Assembly (NCBI RefSeq): GCF_003334335.1
Contig: NZ_QOWQ01000035.1
Strand: one strand, 5' to 3'
DNA: 47,404 nt
Origin: Escherichia coli
GTDB lineage: Bacteria > Pseudomonadota > Gammaproteobacteria > Enterobacterales > Enterobacteriaceae
The notes under the pieces were generated by a model. The model did no database searches, had not been told where the DNA came from, and saw nothing but the letters and a program-made list of their open reading frames with translations. Each line of letters starts with the position of its first letter. Position 1 is the first letter of the stretch. Positions 31,431 to 44,039 of this stretch are shown here, piece after piece. Both the position numbers and the translations under genes were made by a program.

Positions 31431-32366
31431 ATGAATAAATATCTGAAATATTTCAGCGGCACACTCGTGGGCTTAATGTTGTCAACCAGCGCTTTTGCTG
31501 CCGCCGAATATGCTGTCGTATTGAAAACCCTCTCCAACCCATTTTGGGTAGATATGAAAAAAGGCATTGAAGATGAAGCAAAAACACTGGGCGTCAGCGT
31601 TGATATTTTTGCCTCTCCTTCAGAAGGCGATTTTCAATCTCAATTGCAGTTATTTGAAGATCTCAGTAATAAAAATTACAAAGGTATCGCCTTCGCTCCA
31701 TTATCCTCAGTGAATCTGGTCATGCCTGTCGCCCGCGCATGGAAAAAAGGCATTTATCTGGTTAATCTCGATGAAAAAATCGACATGGATAATCTGAAAA
31801 AAGCTGGCGGCAATGTGGAAGCTTTTGTCACCACCGATAACGTTGCTGTCGGGGCGAAAGGCGCGTCGTTCATTATTGACAAATTGGGCGCTGAAGGTGG
31901 TGAAGTCGCAATCATTGAGGGTAAAGCCGGTAACGCCTCCGGTGAAGCGCGTCGTAATGGTGCCACCGAAGCCTTCAAAAAAGCAAGCCAGATCAAGCTT
32001 GTCGCCAGCCAGCCTGCCGACTGGGACCGCATTAAAGCACTGGATGTCGCCACTAACGTGTTGCAACGTAATCCGAATATTAAAGCGATCTATTGCGCGA
32101 ATGACACGATGGCAATGGGTGTTGCTCAGGCAGTCGCAAACGCCGGAAAAACGGGAAAAGTGCTGGTCGTCGGTACAGATGGCATTCCGGAAGCCCGCAA
32201 AATGGTGGAAGCCGGACAAATGACCGCGACGGTTGCCCAGAACCCGGCGGATATCGGCGCAACGGGTCTGAAGCTGATGGTTGACGCTGAGAAATCCGGC
32301 AAGGTTATCCCGCTGGATAAAGCACCGGAATTTAAACTGGTCGATTCAATCCTGGTCACTCAATAA
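31431..32366 (+). CDS. alsB: D-allose ABC transporter periplasmic binding protein
   Basis: 311-aa ORF with signal peptide; sugar-binding protein family. Confidence 0.95.
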   Translation: MNKYLKYFSGTLVGLMLSTSAFAAAEYAVVLKTLSNPFWVDMKKGIEDEAKTLGVSVDIFASPSEGDFQSQLQLFEDLSNKNYKGIAFAPLSSVNLVMPVARAWKKGIYLVNLDEKIDMDNLKKAGGNVEAFVTTDNVAVGAKGASFIIDKLGAEGGEVAIIEGKAGNASGEARRNGATEAFKKASQIKLVASQPADWDRIKALDVATNVLQRNPNIKAIYCANDTMAMGVAQAVANAGKTGKVLVVGTDGIPEARKMVEAGQMTATVAQNPADIGATGLKLMVDAEKSGKVIPLDKAPEFKLVDSILVTQ

Positions 32367-32376
32367 AACTGAATGA

Positions 32377-32460
32377 TGCCGGATGATGATGCTAATGAAG
32401 TGTCTTATCCGGCCAACAAAATAACCTGAACGTAGACCTGATAAATGTAGCCATCAGGCA
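32377..32460. repeat. degenerate REP-like palindromes between alsB and alsA
   Basis: gccggatgatgatgc...tcttatccggcc and cctgataaatgtagccatcagg. Confidence 0.6.
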
Positions 32461-32492
32461 ATAATACGATATTTCGTGCAGAGAGGTTATTT

Positions 32493-34025
32493 ATGGCCAC
32501 GCCATATATATCGATGGCGGGGATCGGCAAGTCCTTTGGTCCGGTTCACGCATTAAAGTCGGTTAATTTAACGGTTTATCCTGGTGAAATACATGCATTA
32601 CTAGGAGAAAATGGCGCGGGTAAATCCACGCTAATGAAAGTTTTATCCGGAATACATGAGCCGACCAAAGGCACCATTACCATTAATAACATTAGCTATA
32701 ACAAGCTGGATCATAAATTAGCGGCACAACTCGGTATCGGGATTATTTATCAGGAACTCAGCGTTATTGATGAATTAACCGTACTGGAAAATTTATATAT
32801 TGGTCGTCATCTGACGAAAAAAATCTGTGGCGTCAATATTATCGACTGGCGAGAAATGCGTGTCCGCGCCGCCATGATGTTATTACGCGTGGGCTTGAAA
32901 GTTGATCTAGATGAGAAAGTGGCGAATTTATCTATCAGCCACAAGCAGATGCTAGAAATTGCCAAAACGCTGATGCTCGATGCCAAAGTCATCATCATGG
33001 ATGAACCCACCTCCTCACTCACCAATAAAGAGGTGGACTATCTGTTTCTGATCATGAATCAGTTGCGTAAAGAGGGTACGGCCATCGTCTATATCTCGCA
33101 TAAGTTGGCGGAAATTCGCCGTATTTGCGACCGCTATACGGTGATGAAAGACGGCAGCAGCGTTTGCAGCGGCATAGTAAGCGATGTGTCAAATGACGAT
33201 ATCGTCCGTCTGATGGTAGGCCGCGAACTGCAAAACCGTTTTAACGCGATGAAGGAGAATGTCAGCAACCTTGCGCACGAAACGGTTTTTGAGGTGCGGA
33301 ACGTCACCAGTCGTGACAGAAAAAAGGTCCGGGATATCTCATTTAGCGTCTGCCGGGGAGAAATATTAGGCTTTGCCGGACTGGTCGGTTCCGGACGTAC
33401 TGAACTGATGAATTGTCTGTTTGGCGTGTATAAACGCGCTGGCGGAGAAATCCGTCTTAATGGCAAAGATATCTCTCCACGTTCACCCCTGGATGCCGTG
33501 AAAAAAGGGATGGCTTACATCACTGAAAGCCGCCGGGATAACGGTTTTTTCCCCAACTTTTCCATCGCTCAGAACATGGCGATCAGCCGCAGTCTGAAAG
33601 ACGGCGGCTATAAAGGCGCGATGGGCTTGTTTCATGAAGTTGACGAGCAACGTACCGCTGAAAATCAACGCGAACTGCTGGCGCTGAAATGTCATTCGGT
33701 AAACCAGAATATCACCGAACTCTCCGGGGGAAATCAGCAGAAAGTCCTGATCTCCAAATGGCTGTGCTGTTGCCCGGAAGTGATTATTTTCGATGAACCT
33801 ACCCGCGGCATCGACGTTGGCGCGAAAGCCGAAATTTACAAAGTGATGCGCCAACTGGCGGACGACGGAAAAGTCATCCTGATGGTGTCATCTGAACTAC
33901 CTGAAATTATCACCGTCTGCGACCGCATCGCCGTGTTCTGCGAAGGACGACTGACGCAAATCCTGACGAATCGCGATGACATGAGCGAAGAGGAGATTAT
34001 GGCATGGGCTTTACCACAAGAGTAA
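32493..34025 (+). CDS. alsA: D-allose ABC transporter ATP-binding protein (duplicated ABC domains)
   Basis: 510-aa ORF with two Walker A/ABC signature sets. Confidence 0.95.
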   Translation: MATPYISMAGIGKSFGPVHALKSVNLTVYPGEIHALLGENGAGKSTLMKVLSGIHEPTKGTITINNISYNKLDHKLAAQLGIGIIYQELSVIDELTVLENLYIGRHLTKKICGVNIIDWREMRVRAAMMLLRVGLKVDLDEKVANLSISHKQMLEIAKTLMLDAKVIIMDEPTSSLTNKEVDYLFLIMNQLRKEGTAIVYISHKLAEIRRICDRYTVMKDGSSVCSGIVSDVSNDDIVRLMVGRELQNRFNAMKENVSNLAHETVFEVRNVTSRDRKKVRDISFSVCRGEILGFAGLVGSGRTELMNCLFGVYKRAGGEIRLNGKDISPRSPLDAVKKGMAYITESRRDNGFFPNFSIAQNMAISRSLKDGGYKGAMGLFHEVDEQRTAENQRELLALKCHSVNQNITELSGGNQQKVLISKWLCCCPEVIIFDEPTRGIDVGAKAEIYKVMRQLADDGKVILMVSSELPEIITVCDRIAVFCEGRLTQILTNRDDMSEEEIMAWALPQE

Positions 34026-34984
34026 AAAGCGAAGCGAGCGAGAAGAAACCGTTCAACTTTGCGCTGTTCTGGGATAAATACGGCACCTTTTTTATCCTGG
34101 CGATCATCGTCGCCATCTTTGGTTCGCTGTCACCAGAATATTTTCTGACCACCAATAATATTACCCAGATTTTTGTTCAAAGCTCCGTGACGGTATTGAT
34201 CGGCATGGGCGAGTTTTTCGCTATCCTGGTCGCTGGTATCGACCTCTCGGTTGGCGCGATTCTGGCGCTTTCCGGTATGGTGACCGCCAAACTGATGTTG
34301 GCAGGTGTTGACCCGTTTCTCGCAGCGATGATTGGCGGTGTACTGGTTGGCGGCGCACTGGGGGCGATCAACGGCTGCCTGGTCAACTGGACGGGGCTAC
34401 ACCCGTTCATCATCACCCTTGGCACCAACGCGATTTTCCGTGGGATCACGCTGGTGATCTCCGATGCCAACTCGGTATACGGCTTCTCATTTGACTTCGT
34501 GAACTTCTTTGCCGCCAGCGTAATTGGGATACCTGTCCCCGTTATCTTCTCACTAATTGTCGCGCTCATCCTTTGGTTTCTGACAACGCGTATGCGGCTC
34601 GGGCGCAACATCTACGCACTGGGCGGCAACAAAAATTCGGCGTTCTATTCCGGGATTGACGTGAAATTCCACATCCTGGTGGTGTTTATCATCTCCGGTG
34701 TTTGTGCAGGTCTGGCAGGCGTCGTCTCAACTGCACGACTCGGTGCCGCAGAACCGCTTGCCGGTATGGGTTTTGAAACCTATGCCATTGCCAGCGCCAT
34801 CATTGGCGGCACCAGTTTCTTCGGCGGCAAGGGGCGCATTTTCTCTGTGGTGATTGGCGGGTTGATCATCGGCACCATCAACAACGGTCTGAATATTTTG
34901 CAGGTACAAACCTATTACCAACTGGTGGTGATGGGCGGATTAATTATCGCGGCTGTCGCCCTTGACCGTCTTATCAGTAAGTAA
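34004..34984 (+). CDS. alsC: D-allose ABC transporter permease
   Basis: 326-aa polytopic membrane ORF; overlaps alsA 3' end. Confidence 0.94.
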   Translation: MGFTTRVKSEASEKKPFNFALFWDKYGTFFILAIIVAIFGSLSPEYFLTTNNITQIFVQSSVTVLIGMGEFFAILVAGIDLSVGAILALSGMVTAKLMLAGVDPFLAAMIGGVLVGGALGAINGCLVNWTGLHPFIITLGTNAIFRGITLVISDANSVYGFSFDFVNFFAASVIGIPVPVIFSLIVALILWFLTTRMRLGRNIYALGGNKNSAFYSGIDVKFHILVVFIISGVCAGLAGVVSTARLGAAEPLAGMGFETYAIASAIIGGTSFFGGKGRIFSVVIGGLIIGTINNGLNILQVQTYYQLVVMGGLIIAAVALDRLISK

Positions 34985-34994
34985 GGAATTGAAC

Positions 34995-36603
<1,609 letters not shown>

Positions 36604-36609
36604 GTAAAA

Positions 36610-36646
36610 CGTTGGCACAGTAGCGCAATGTCCCGCTGTGCCAACG
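36610..36646 (+). other. 11-bp perfect inverted repeat hairpin after alsK (cgttggcacag...ctgtgccaacg)
   Basis: Read directly; no T-run, so terminator function is uncertain. Confidence 0.4.
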
Positions 36647-36875
36647 ACAGGTACAATATATATAATAAACACATAAAACGACTCATATTATTTTCTGCAA
36701 TGATAGTTTTACTGTAATTTTCCCTCTTCAGCACAAATGCCTAATAAAATGGCGCGTTCCGCTCACACTTCCACTTATTAAAGTCGCAATTTCCCAATTA
36801 TGATAACGCCAGCTTTAAATGACGTATTTTGCATGGATTACATATTTACGACATAAATGATAAATGGAGATTTAT

Positions 36876-38861
36876 ATGAATAACTCTCGGTTATTCCGTT
36901 TGAGCAGGATTGTTATTGCGTTAACTGCCGCCAGCGGCATGATGGTAAATACCGCTAACGCGAAAGAGGAAGCGAAAGCCGCCACTCAATATACCCAACA
37001 GGTTAATCAGAATTACGCCAAATCATTACCGTTTAGCGATCGTCAGGATTTTGACGATGCCCAGCGTGGATTTATCGCCCCGCTGCTGGATGAAGGTATT
37101 CTGCGTGATGCGAACGGTAAAGTTTACTACCGCGCGGACGATTACAAATTTGATATTAATGCCGCAGCGCCGGAAACCGTAAACCCCAGCCTGTGGCGTC
37201 AGTCGCAAATCAACGGTATTTCTGGCCTGTTCAAAGTCACCGATAAAATGTATCAGGTGCGCGGCCAGGATATCTCTAACATTACGTTCGTTGAGGGCGA
37301 GAAAGGCATTATTGTTATCGACCCGCTGGTGACGCCGCCTGCCGCAAAAGCCGCACTTGACCTTTACTTCCAGCATCGTCCGCAAAAACCGATTGTTGCC
37401 GTTATCTACACTCACAGCCACACCGACCACTATGGTGGCGTGAAAGGCATTATCTCTGAAGCCGATGTTAAATCCGGCAAAGTTCAGGTGATTGCCCCTG
37501 CAGGCTTTATGGACGAAGCCATCAGCGAAAACGTGCTGGCGGGTAACATCATGAGCCGCCGTGCGCTCTACTCTTACGGTCTGTTACTGCCGCACAACGC
37601 GCAAGGCAATGTGGGTAATGGCCTTGGCGTGACGCTGGCAACGGGCGACCCGAGCATTATTGCACCGACGAAAACTATCGTCAGAACTGGCGAGAAGATG
37701 ATTATCGACGGCCTGGAGTTTGACTTCCTGATGACCCCAGGTAGCGAAGCGCCAGCCGAAATGCACTTCTATATTCCGGCCCTGAAAGCCCTGTGTACCG
37801 CCGAGAACGCCACGCATACCCTGCACAACTTCTACACTCTGCGCGGCGCGAAAACCCGCGACACCAGCAAGTGGACCGAGTATCTGAACGAAACGCTGGA
37901 TATGTGGGGTAACGACGCGGAAGTGCTGTTTATGCCGCACACCTGGCCGGTCTGGGGCAATAAGCATATCAATGATTATATTGGTAAATACCGCGATACC
38001 ATCAAGTACATTCACGACCAGACCCTGCACCTGGCGAACCAGGGCTACACCATGAATGAAATCGGCGACATGATTAAGCTGCCGCCTGCACTTGCCAATA
38101 ACTGGGCCAGCCGCGGCTATTACGGTTCTGTCAGCCACAACGCCCGCGCGGTGTATAACTTCTATCTTGGCTATTACGACGGTAACCCGGCTAACCTGCA
38201 TCCGTATGGTCAGGTGGAGATGGGTAAACGTTACGTGCAGGCGCTGGGCGGTTCTGCCCGTGTCATCAACCTGGCGCAAGAAGCGAACAAGCAAGGTGAT
38301 TACCGCTGGTCGGCAGAACTGCTGAAACAGGTGATTGCCGCCAACCCGGGTGACCAGGTCGCGAAGAATCTGCAAGCGAATAACTTTGAACAGCTGGGCT
38401 ATCAGGCCGAGTCCGCCACATGGCGCGGTTTCTACCTGACCGGCGCGAAAGAGCTGCGCGAAGGGGTGCATAAGTTCAGCCACGGCACCACCGGTTCCCC
38501 GGACACCATTCGCGGGATGTCGGTCGAAATGCTGTTCGACTTTATGGCCGTTCGCCTCGATAGCGCGAAAGCTGCGGGTAAAAATATCAGCCTGAACTTC
38601 AATATGAGCAACGGCGATAACCTCAACCTGACGCTGAACGATAGCGTGCTTAACTACCGGAAAACGCTGCAACCGCAAGCCGACGCCTCTTTCTACATCA
38701 GCCGTGAAGATCTGCACGCCGTGCTGACCGGACAAGCCAAAATGGCGGATCTGGTAAAAGCGAAGAAAGCCAAAATTATTGGCAATGGCGCGAAACTGGA
38801 AGAAATTATCGCCTGTCTGGATAATTTCGATTTGTGGGTGAATATCGTAACCCCAAATTAA
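36876..38861 (+). CDS. yjcS: periplasmic alkyl/aryl-sulfatase-like metallo-beta-lactamase-fold hydrolase YjcS
   Basis: 661-aa ORF from MNNSRLF with signal peptide and HSHTDH motif. Confidence 0.92.
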
Positions 38862-38870
38862 TGTCACTCG

Positions 38871-38910
38871 CTTTTGGGGGCGCTGAAGCCCCCAAAAGTA
38901 TTTATTTTAA
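38871..38910 (+). terminator. rho-independent terminator after yjcS (cttttggggg cgctgaa gcccccaaaag then T/A-rich tail)
   Basis: Perfect 10-bp stem followed by tatttatttt. Confidence 0.65.
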
Positions 38911-39069
38911 AAATATATACAGCCAATTAATAAATAAAATATATAAGTTATGAATGCGGTGGCTGAATAAAGCTATTTTTATTCATCAAGAAAATAGCCA
39001 TACTGACGCCTTCAATGGATATTGATATTCACTACAGATATTGTTCGCAGCAGACAGGATGTATTTAAT

Positions 39070-39345
39070 ATGCCAACAGTTCTCTCTCGCATGGCGATGC
39101 AACTCAAAAAAACAGCCTGGATAATTCCCGTCTTCATGGTTTCGGGATGCTCATTATCTCCGGCAATCCCGGTGATCGGCGCTTATTATCCCAGCTGGTT
39201 TTTCTGCGCCATTGCCAGCCTTATTTTGACGCTCATCACGAGGCGAGTTATTCAGCGGGCAAATATCAATCTGGCATTTGTCGGAATTATTTATACCGCC
39301 CTTTTTGCTCTCTACGCCATGCTGTTCTGGCTGGCATTTTTCTAA
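39070..39345 (+). CDS. ytcA: small membrane/lipoprotein YtcA, first gene of the mdtNOP cluster
   Basis: 91-aa ORF from MPTVLSRMAMQLKKTAWIIPVFMVSGCSLSP (lipobox-like SGC). Confidence 0.85.
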   Translation: MPTVLSRMAMQLKKTAWIIPVFMVSGCSLSPAIPVIGAYYPSWFFCAIASLILTLITRRVIQRANINLAFVGIIYTALFALYAMLFWLAFF

Positions 39346-39363
39346 TCTATTTGAGACGCGCTC

Positions 39364-40395
39364 ATGGAAAGTACGCCGAAAAAAGCTCCTCGCAGTAAAT
39401 TCCCTGCTCTGTTAGTGGTTGCGTTGGCGCTGGTTGCCCTTGTTTTCGTTATCTGGCGCGTAGACAGTGCGCCATCAACTAATGACGCTTACGCGTCAGC
39501 AGATACCATTGATGTGGTACCGGAAGTCAGCGGCCGCATTGTAGAACTGGCGGTCACCGACAACCAGGCAGTCAAACAGGGCGATTTGCTGTTCCGCATC
39601 GACCCGCGCCCGTACGAAGCCAATCTGGCGAAAGCTGAAGCCTCCCTCGCGGCGCTGGATAAGCAAATTATGCTCACCCAGCGTAGCGTTGACGCGCAAC
39701 AGTTTGGTGCCGACTCGGTTAATGCCACGGTAGAAAAAGCCCGTGCCGCCGCGAAACAGGCCACAGATACATTACGCCGCACCGAGCCATTACTGAAAGA
39801 AGGTTTTGTCTCAGCGGAAGATGTTGACCGTGCAAGAACGGCGCAGCGCGCCGCAGAAGCGGATCTTAATGCCGTATTGTTACAGGCGCAGTCAGCCGCC
39901 AGCGCCGTCAGCGGCGTGGATGCATTAGTTGCCCAGCGTGCGGCGGTCGAAGCGGATATTGCCCTGACCAAACTGCATCTGGAAATGGCGACCGTTCGCG
40001 CGCCGTTTGATGGCCGGGTCATTTCCCTCAAAACCTCCGTCGGGCAATTTGCTTCTGCCATGCGCCCTATTTTTACCCTAATCGACACTCGTCACTGGTA
40101 TGTGATCGCCAACTTCCGCGAAACCGATCTGAAAAATATTCGCTCAGGTACACCCGCAACGATTCGCCTGATGAGTGACAGCGGCAAAACCTTCGAGGGT
40201 AAAGTGGATTCGATTGGCTACGGCGTGCTACCGGATGACGGCGGCCTGGTGCTGGGCGGCCTGCCGAAAGTGTCTCGTTCTATTAACTGGGTCCGCGTTG
40301 CCCAGCGTTTTCCGGTCAAAATCATGGTCGATAAACCTGACCCGGAAATGTTCCGCATCGGCGCTTCGGCAGTCGCTAATCTTGAGCCGCAATAA
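39364..40395 (+). CDS. mdtN: efflux membrane fusion protein (HlyD/EmrA family)
   Basis: 343-aa ORF with one N-terminal TM helix and coiled-coil periplasmic domain. Confidence 0.93.
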   Translation: MESTPKKAPRSKFPALLVVALALVALVFVIWRVDSAPSTNDAYASADTIDVVPEVSGRIVELAVTDNQAVKQGDLLFRIDPRPYEANLAKAEASLAALDKQIMLTQRSVDAQQFGADSVNATVEKARAAAKQATDTLRRTEPLLKEGFVSAEDVDRARTAQRAAEADLNAVLLQAQSAASAVSGVDALVAQRAAVEADIALTKLHLEMATVRAPFDGRVISLKTSVGQFASAMRPIFTLIDTRHWYVIANFRETDLKNIRSGTPATIRLMSDSGKTFEGKVDSIGYGVLPDDGGLVLGGLPKVSRSINWVRVAQRFPVKIMVDKPDPEMFRIGASAVANLEPQ

Positions 40396-42446
40396 TGAGC
40401 GCGCTCAACTCCCTGCCATTACCGGTGGTCAGGCTGCTGGCGTTCTTTCATGAAGAGTTAAGCGAGCGGCGACCAGGTCGCGTGCCGCAGACCGTGCAAC
40501 TCTGGGTAGGCTGCCTGCTGGTGATTCTGATCTCGATGACCTTTGAGATCCCTTTTGTGGCGTTATCGCTGGCAGTGCTGTTTTACGGTATTCAGTCGAA
40601 CGCGTTTTACACCAAATTTGTCGCGATCTTGTTTGTGGTTGCCACGGTGCTGGAGATCGGCAGCCTGTTTTTGATCTACAAATGGTCATACGGCGAACCG
40701 TTGATCCGATTGATCATCGCCGGACCGATCCTGATGGGCTGCATGTTTTTGATGCGCACCCATCGCTTGGGGCTGGTCTTTTTCGCCGTCGCCATTGTCG
40801 CTATTTACGGGCAAACCTTCCCCGCCATGCTCGACTATCCGGAAGTGGTCGTGCGCTTAACGCTGTGGTGTATCGTTGTTGGCCTCTATCCAACCTTGCT
40901 GATGACGTTAATCGGCGTGCTGTGGTTTCCCAGTCGTGCCATTTCGCAAATGCATCAGGCGCTTAATGATCGGCTTGATGATGCCATTAGTCACCTGACA
41001 GACAGCCTCGCACCGCTACCCGAAACGCGGATTGAAAGAGAGGCGCTGGCGCTACAAAAACTCAATGTCTTTTGCCTCGCGGACGATGCCAACTGGCGAA
41101 CTCAAAACGCATGGTGGCAAAGCTGCGTGGCAACGGTAACCTACATTTACTCGACGCTGAATCGCTACGATCCCACCTCTTTTGCTGATTCTCAGGCAAT
41201 TATTGAATTCCGACAAAAATTAGCTTCAGAAATCAACAAGCTGCAGCATGCCGTTGCTGAAGGTCAGTGCTGGCAAAGCGACTGGCGGATCAGTGAAAGT
41301 GAAGCGATGGCGGCACGGGAATGTAACCTGGAGAATATCTGCCAGACGTTGTTACAACTGGGTCAGATGGACCCGAATACGCCGCCAACGCCCGCAGCCA
41401 AACCGCCATCAATGGCCGCCGATGCTTTTACCAATCCAGACTATATGCGCTACGCGGTAAAAACGCTGCTCGCCTGTTTGATCTGTTACACCTTTTACAG
41501 CGGCGTGGACTGGGAAGGCATTCACACCTGTATGCTGACATGCGTGATCGTCGCTAACCCAAATGTCGGTTCGTCGTACCAGAAGATGGTGCTGCGTTTT
41601 GGCGGGGCCTTTTGCGGCGCGATTCTGGCGCTGTTATTCACGCTACTGGTCATGCCCTGGCTGGACAATATTGTCGAATTGCTGTTTGTGCTGGCACCGA
41701 TTTTCCTGTTGGGCGCATGGATTGCCACCAGCTCTGAACGCTCTTCTTATATCGGCACACAGATGGTGGTCACCTTCGCGCTCGCCACGCTCGAAAACGT
41801 TTTTGGCCCAGTGTACGACCTGGTGGAAATTCGCGATCGCGCCCTGGGTATCATCATTGGTACCGTGGTGTCCGCGGTGATTTACACCTTTGTCTGGCCT
41901 GAAAGTGAAGCGCGCACACTGCCGCAAAAACTGGCTGGCACGCTGGGTATGTTAAGTAAAGTAATGCGGATCCCACGCCAGCAGGAAGTCACGGCTCTGC
42001 GCACTTATCTGCAAATTCGTATCGGTCTGCATGCGGCGTTTAATGCCTGTGAAGAGATGTGCCAACGCGTGGCGCTGGAGCGTCAACTGGACAGCGAAGA
42101 ACGCGCATTACTGATTGAACGTTCGCAAACGGTTATTCGTCAGGGCCGCGATCTTCTTCACGCCTGGGATGCCACCTGGAACTCGGCGCAGGCGCTGGAT
42201 AACGCACTACAGCCGGACAGAGCAGGTCAGTTTGCCGACGCCCTGGAGAAATACGCTGCCGGTCTGGCAACCGCACTCAGCCGTTCTCCTCAAATAACGC
42301 TTGAAGAGACACCCGCCTCTCAGGCCATCCTGCCCACCTTATTAAAACAGGAGCAACACGTCTGCCAGCTTTTCGCCCGCTTGCCAGACTGGACAGCCCC
42401 GGCATTAACGCCCGCCACGGAACAGGCACAAGGAGCCACGCAATGA
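40395..42446 (+). CDS. mdtO: efflux inner-membrane component, fusaric-acid-resistance / AaeB-like family
   Basis: 683-aa ORF with two hydrophobic blocks separated by a soluble region; start overlaps mdtN stop. Confidence 0.92.
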   Translation: MSALNSLPLPVVRLLAFFHEELSERRPGRVPQTVQLWVGCLLVILISMTFEIPFVALSLAVLFYGIQSNAFYTKFVAILFVVATVLEIGSLFLIYKWSYGEPLIRLIIAGPILMGCMFLMRTHRLGLVFFAVAIVAIYGQTFPAMLDYPEVVVRLTLWCIVVGLYPTLLMTLIGVLWFPSRAISQMHQALNDRLDDAISHLTDSLAPLPETRIEREALALQKLNVFCLADDANWRTQNAWWQSCVATVTYIYSTLNRYDPTSFADSQAIIEFRQKLASEINKLQHAVAEGQCWQSDWRISESEAMAARECNLENICQTLLQLGQMDPNTPPTPAAKPPSMAADAFTNPDYMRYAVKTLLACLICYTFYSGVDWEGIHTCMLTCVIVANPNVGSSYQKMVLRFGGAFCGAILALLFTLLVMPWLDNIVELLFVLAPIFLLGAWIATSSERSSYIGTQMVVTFALATLENVFGPVYDLVEIRDRALGIIIGTVVSAVIYTFVWPESEARTLPQKLAGTLGMLSKVMRIPRQQEVTALRTYLQIRIGLHAAFNACEEMCQRVALERQLDSEERALLIERSQTVIRQGRDLLHAWDATWNSAQALDNALQPDRAGQFADALEKYAAGLATALSRSPQITLEETPASQAILPTLLKQEQHVCQLFARLPDWTAPALTPATEQAQGATQ

Positions 42447-43909
42447 TCAATCGTCAACTTTCACGTCTGCTGTTGTGCAGCATTCTCGGCAGCACGACGC
42501 TGATTTCCGGCTGTGCCCTGGTACGTAAGGATTCTGCACCTCATCAACAGCTCAAACCGGAACAAATCAAACTGGCCGACGATATTCATCTTGCCAGCTC
42601 CGGCTGGCCGCAGGCGCAGTGGTGGAAACAACTCAATGACCCGCAGCTGGATGCGCTGATCCAACGGACGCTAAGTGGTTCACACACCCTCGCCGAAGCG
42701 AAACTGCGGGAAGAAAAAGCGCAGTCCCAGGCCGATTTGTTAGATGCCGGTTCACAATTACAGGTCGCAGCGTTAGGGATGCTCAACCGCCAACGTGTCT
42801 CGGCGAACGGCTTTTTAAGCCCTTATTCAATGGATGCGCCAGCACTGGGTATGGACGGGCCGTACTATACGGAAGCCACAGTAGGTTTGTTTGCCGGACT
42901 GGATCTTGATTTGTGGGGTGTGCATCGCTCAGCGGTTGCCGCCGCCATTGGCGCGCATAATGCCGCGCTGGCAGAAACCGCAGCAGTAGAGCTATCGCTG
43001 GCCACGGGCGTAGCGCAGCTTTATTACAGTATGCAGGCCAGCTATCAGATGCTCGATCTGTTAGAACAAACTCACGATGTGATTGATTACGCGGTGAAAG
43101 CGCACCAGAGTAAAGTGGCGCACGGTCTGGAAGCGCAAGTGCCTTTCCACGGCGCGCGGGCACAGATTCTGGCGGTCGATAAACAAATTGTTGCCGTCAA
43201 AGGGCAAATCACCGAAACGCGAGAATCTCTGCGTGCATTGATTGGCGCGGGAGCCAGCGATATGCCGGAGATCAGACCGGTGGCATTACCGCAAGTCCAG
43301 ACCGGCATTCCGGCGACACTCTCTTATGAGTTGCTCGCCAGACGCCCGGATCTGCAAGCCATGCGCTGGTATGTTCAGGCGTCATTAGATCAGGTGGATT
43401 CCGCGCGGGCGTTGTTCTATCCGAGCTTTGATATCAAAGCGTTTTTCGGTCTGGACTCCATCCATCTGCATACCTTATTCAAAAAAACCAGTCGCCAGTT
43501 CAACTTCATCCCGGGTCTGAAATTGCCGCTGTTTGACGGTGGACGGTTGAATGCCAATCTCGAAGGCACGCGCGCCGCCAGCAACATGATGATTGAACGT
43601 TACAACCAGTCAGTACTGAACGCGGTGCGTGACGTTGCCGTCAACGGCACGCGTCTGCAAACGCTCAACGACGAGCGAGAAATGCAGGCTGAACGCGTGG
43701 AAGCCACGCGCTTTACCCAGCGCGCTGCCGAGGCCGCCTATCAGCGCGGCTTAACCAGCCGCTTACAGGCCACCGAAGCCCGGTTGCCAGTGCTTGCCGA
43801 AGAGATGTCATTACTGATGCTGGACAGCCGCCGGGTGATCCAAAGCATTCAGTTGATGAAATCGCTGGGCGGCGGGTATCAGGCAGGTCCCGTCGTCGAG
43901 AAAAAATAA
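42443..43909 (+). CDS. mdtP: outer membrane efflux factor (TolC/NodT family lipoprotein)
   Basis: 488-aa ORF with lipoprotein signal (LISGCAL); ATGA overlap with mdtO. Confidence 0.93.
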   Translation: MINRQLSRLLLCSILGSTTLISGCALVRKDSAPHQQLKPEQIKLADDIHLASSGWPQAQWWKQLNDPQLDALIQRTLSGSHTLAEAKLREEKAQSQADLLDAGSQLQVAALGMLNRQRVSANGFLSPYSMDAPALGMDGPYYTEATVGLFAGLDLDLWGVHRSAVAAAIGAHNAALAETAAVELSLATGVAQLYYSMQASYQMLDLLEQTHDVIDYAVKAHQSKVAHGLEAQVPFHGARAQILAVDKQIVAVKGQITETRESLRALIGAGASDMPEIRPVALPQVQTGIPATLSYELLARRPDLQAMRWYVQASLDQVDSARALFYPSFDIKAFFGLDSIHLHTLFKKTSRQFNFIPGLKLPLFDGGRLNANLEGTRAASNMMIERYNQSVLNAVRDVAVNGTRLQTLNDEREMQAERVEATRFTQRAAEAAYQRGLTSRLQATEARLPVLAEEMSLLMLDSRRVIQSIQLMKSLGGGYQAGPVVEKK

Positions 43910-43917
43910 AATGTCTG

Positions 43918-43950
43918 CCGCGTGATGGCTGTCACGCGGTATTTCGTTTC
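43918..43950 (+). terminator. hairpin after mdtP (ccgcgtga tggc tgtcacgcgg) with T-rich tail
   Basis: 8-bp perfect stem followed by tatttcgtttcg. Confidence 0.5.
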
Positions 43951-43990
43951 GTCACGTCAAAACTGACGACAGCCTGTTTTTCGTCAGAGT
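43945..43990 (+). promoter_or_regulatory. putative upstream activating sequence of fdhF (repeated tcgtca / tgacga motifs)
   Basis: Inverted repeat cgtca-aaac-tgacg and a further tttcgtca about 60-100 bp upstream of a sigma54-type promoter; assignment to FhlA is from prior knowledge of fdhF regulation. Confidence 0.4.
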
Positions 43991-44039
43991 TTTGAATAAA
44001 TAGTGCCCGTAATATCAGGGAATGACCCCACATAAAATG

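Noticed and set aside
37584-38867. 427-aa ORF antisense to yjcS, and 222-aa ORF (35127-35795) antisense to alsE/alsK
   Set aside because: Same reasoning: wholly nested in established genes on the opposite strand and no recognisable protein features.
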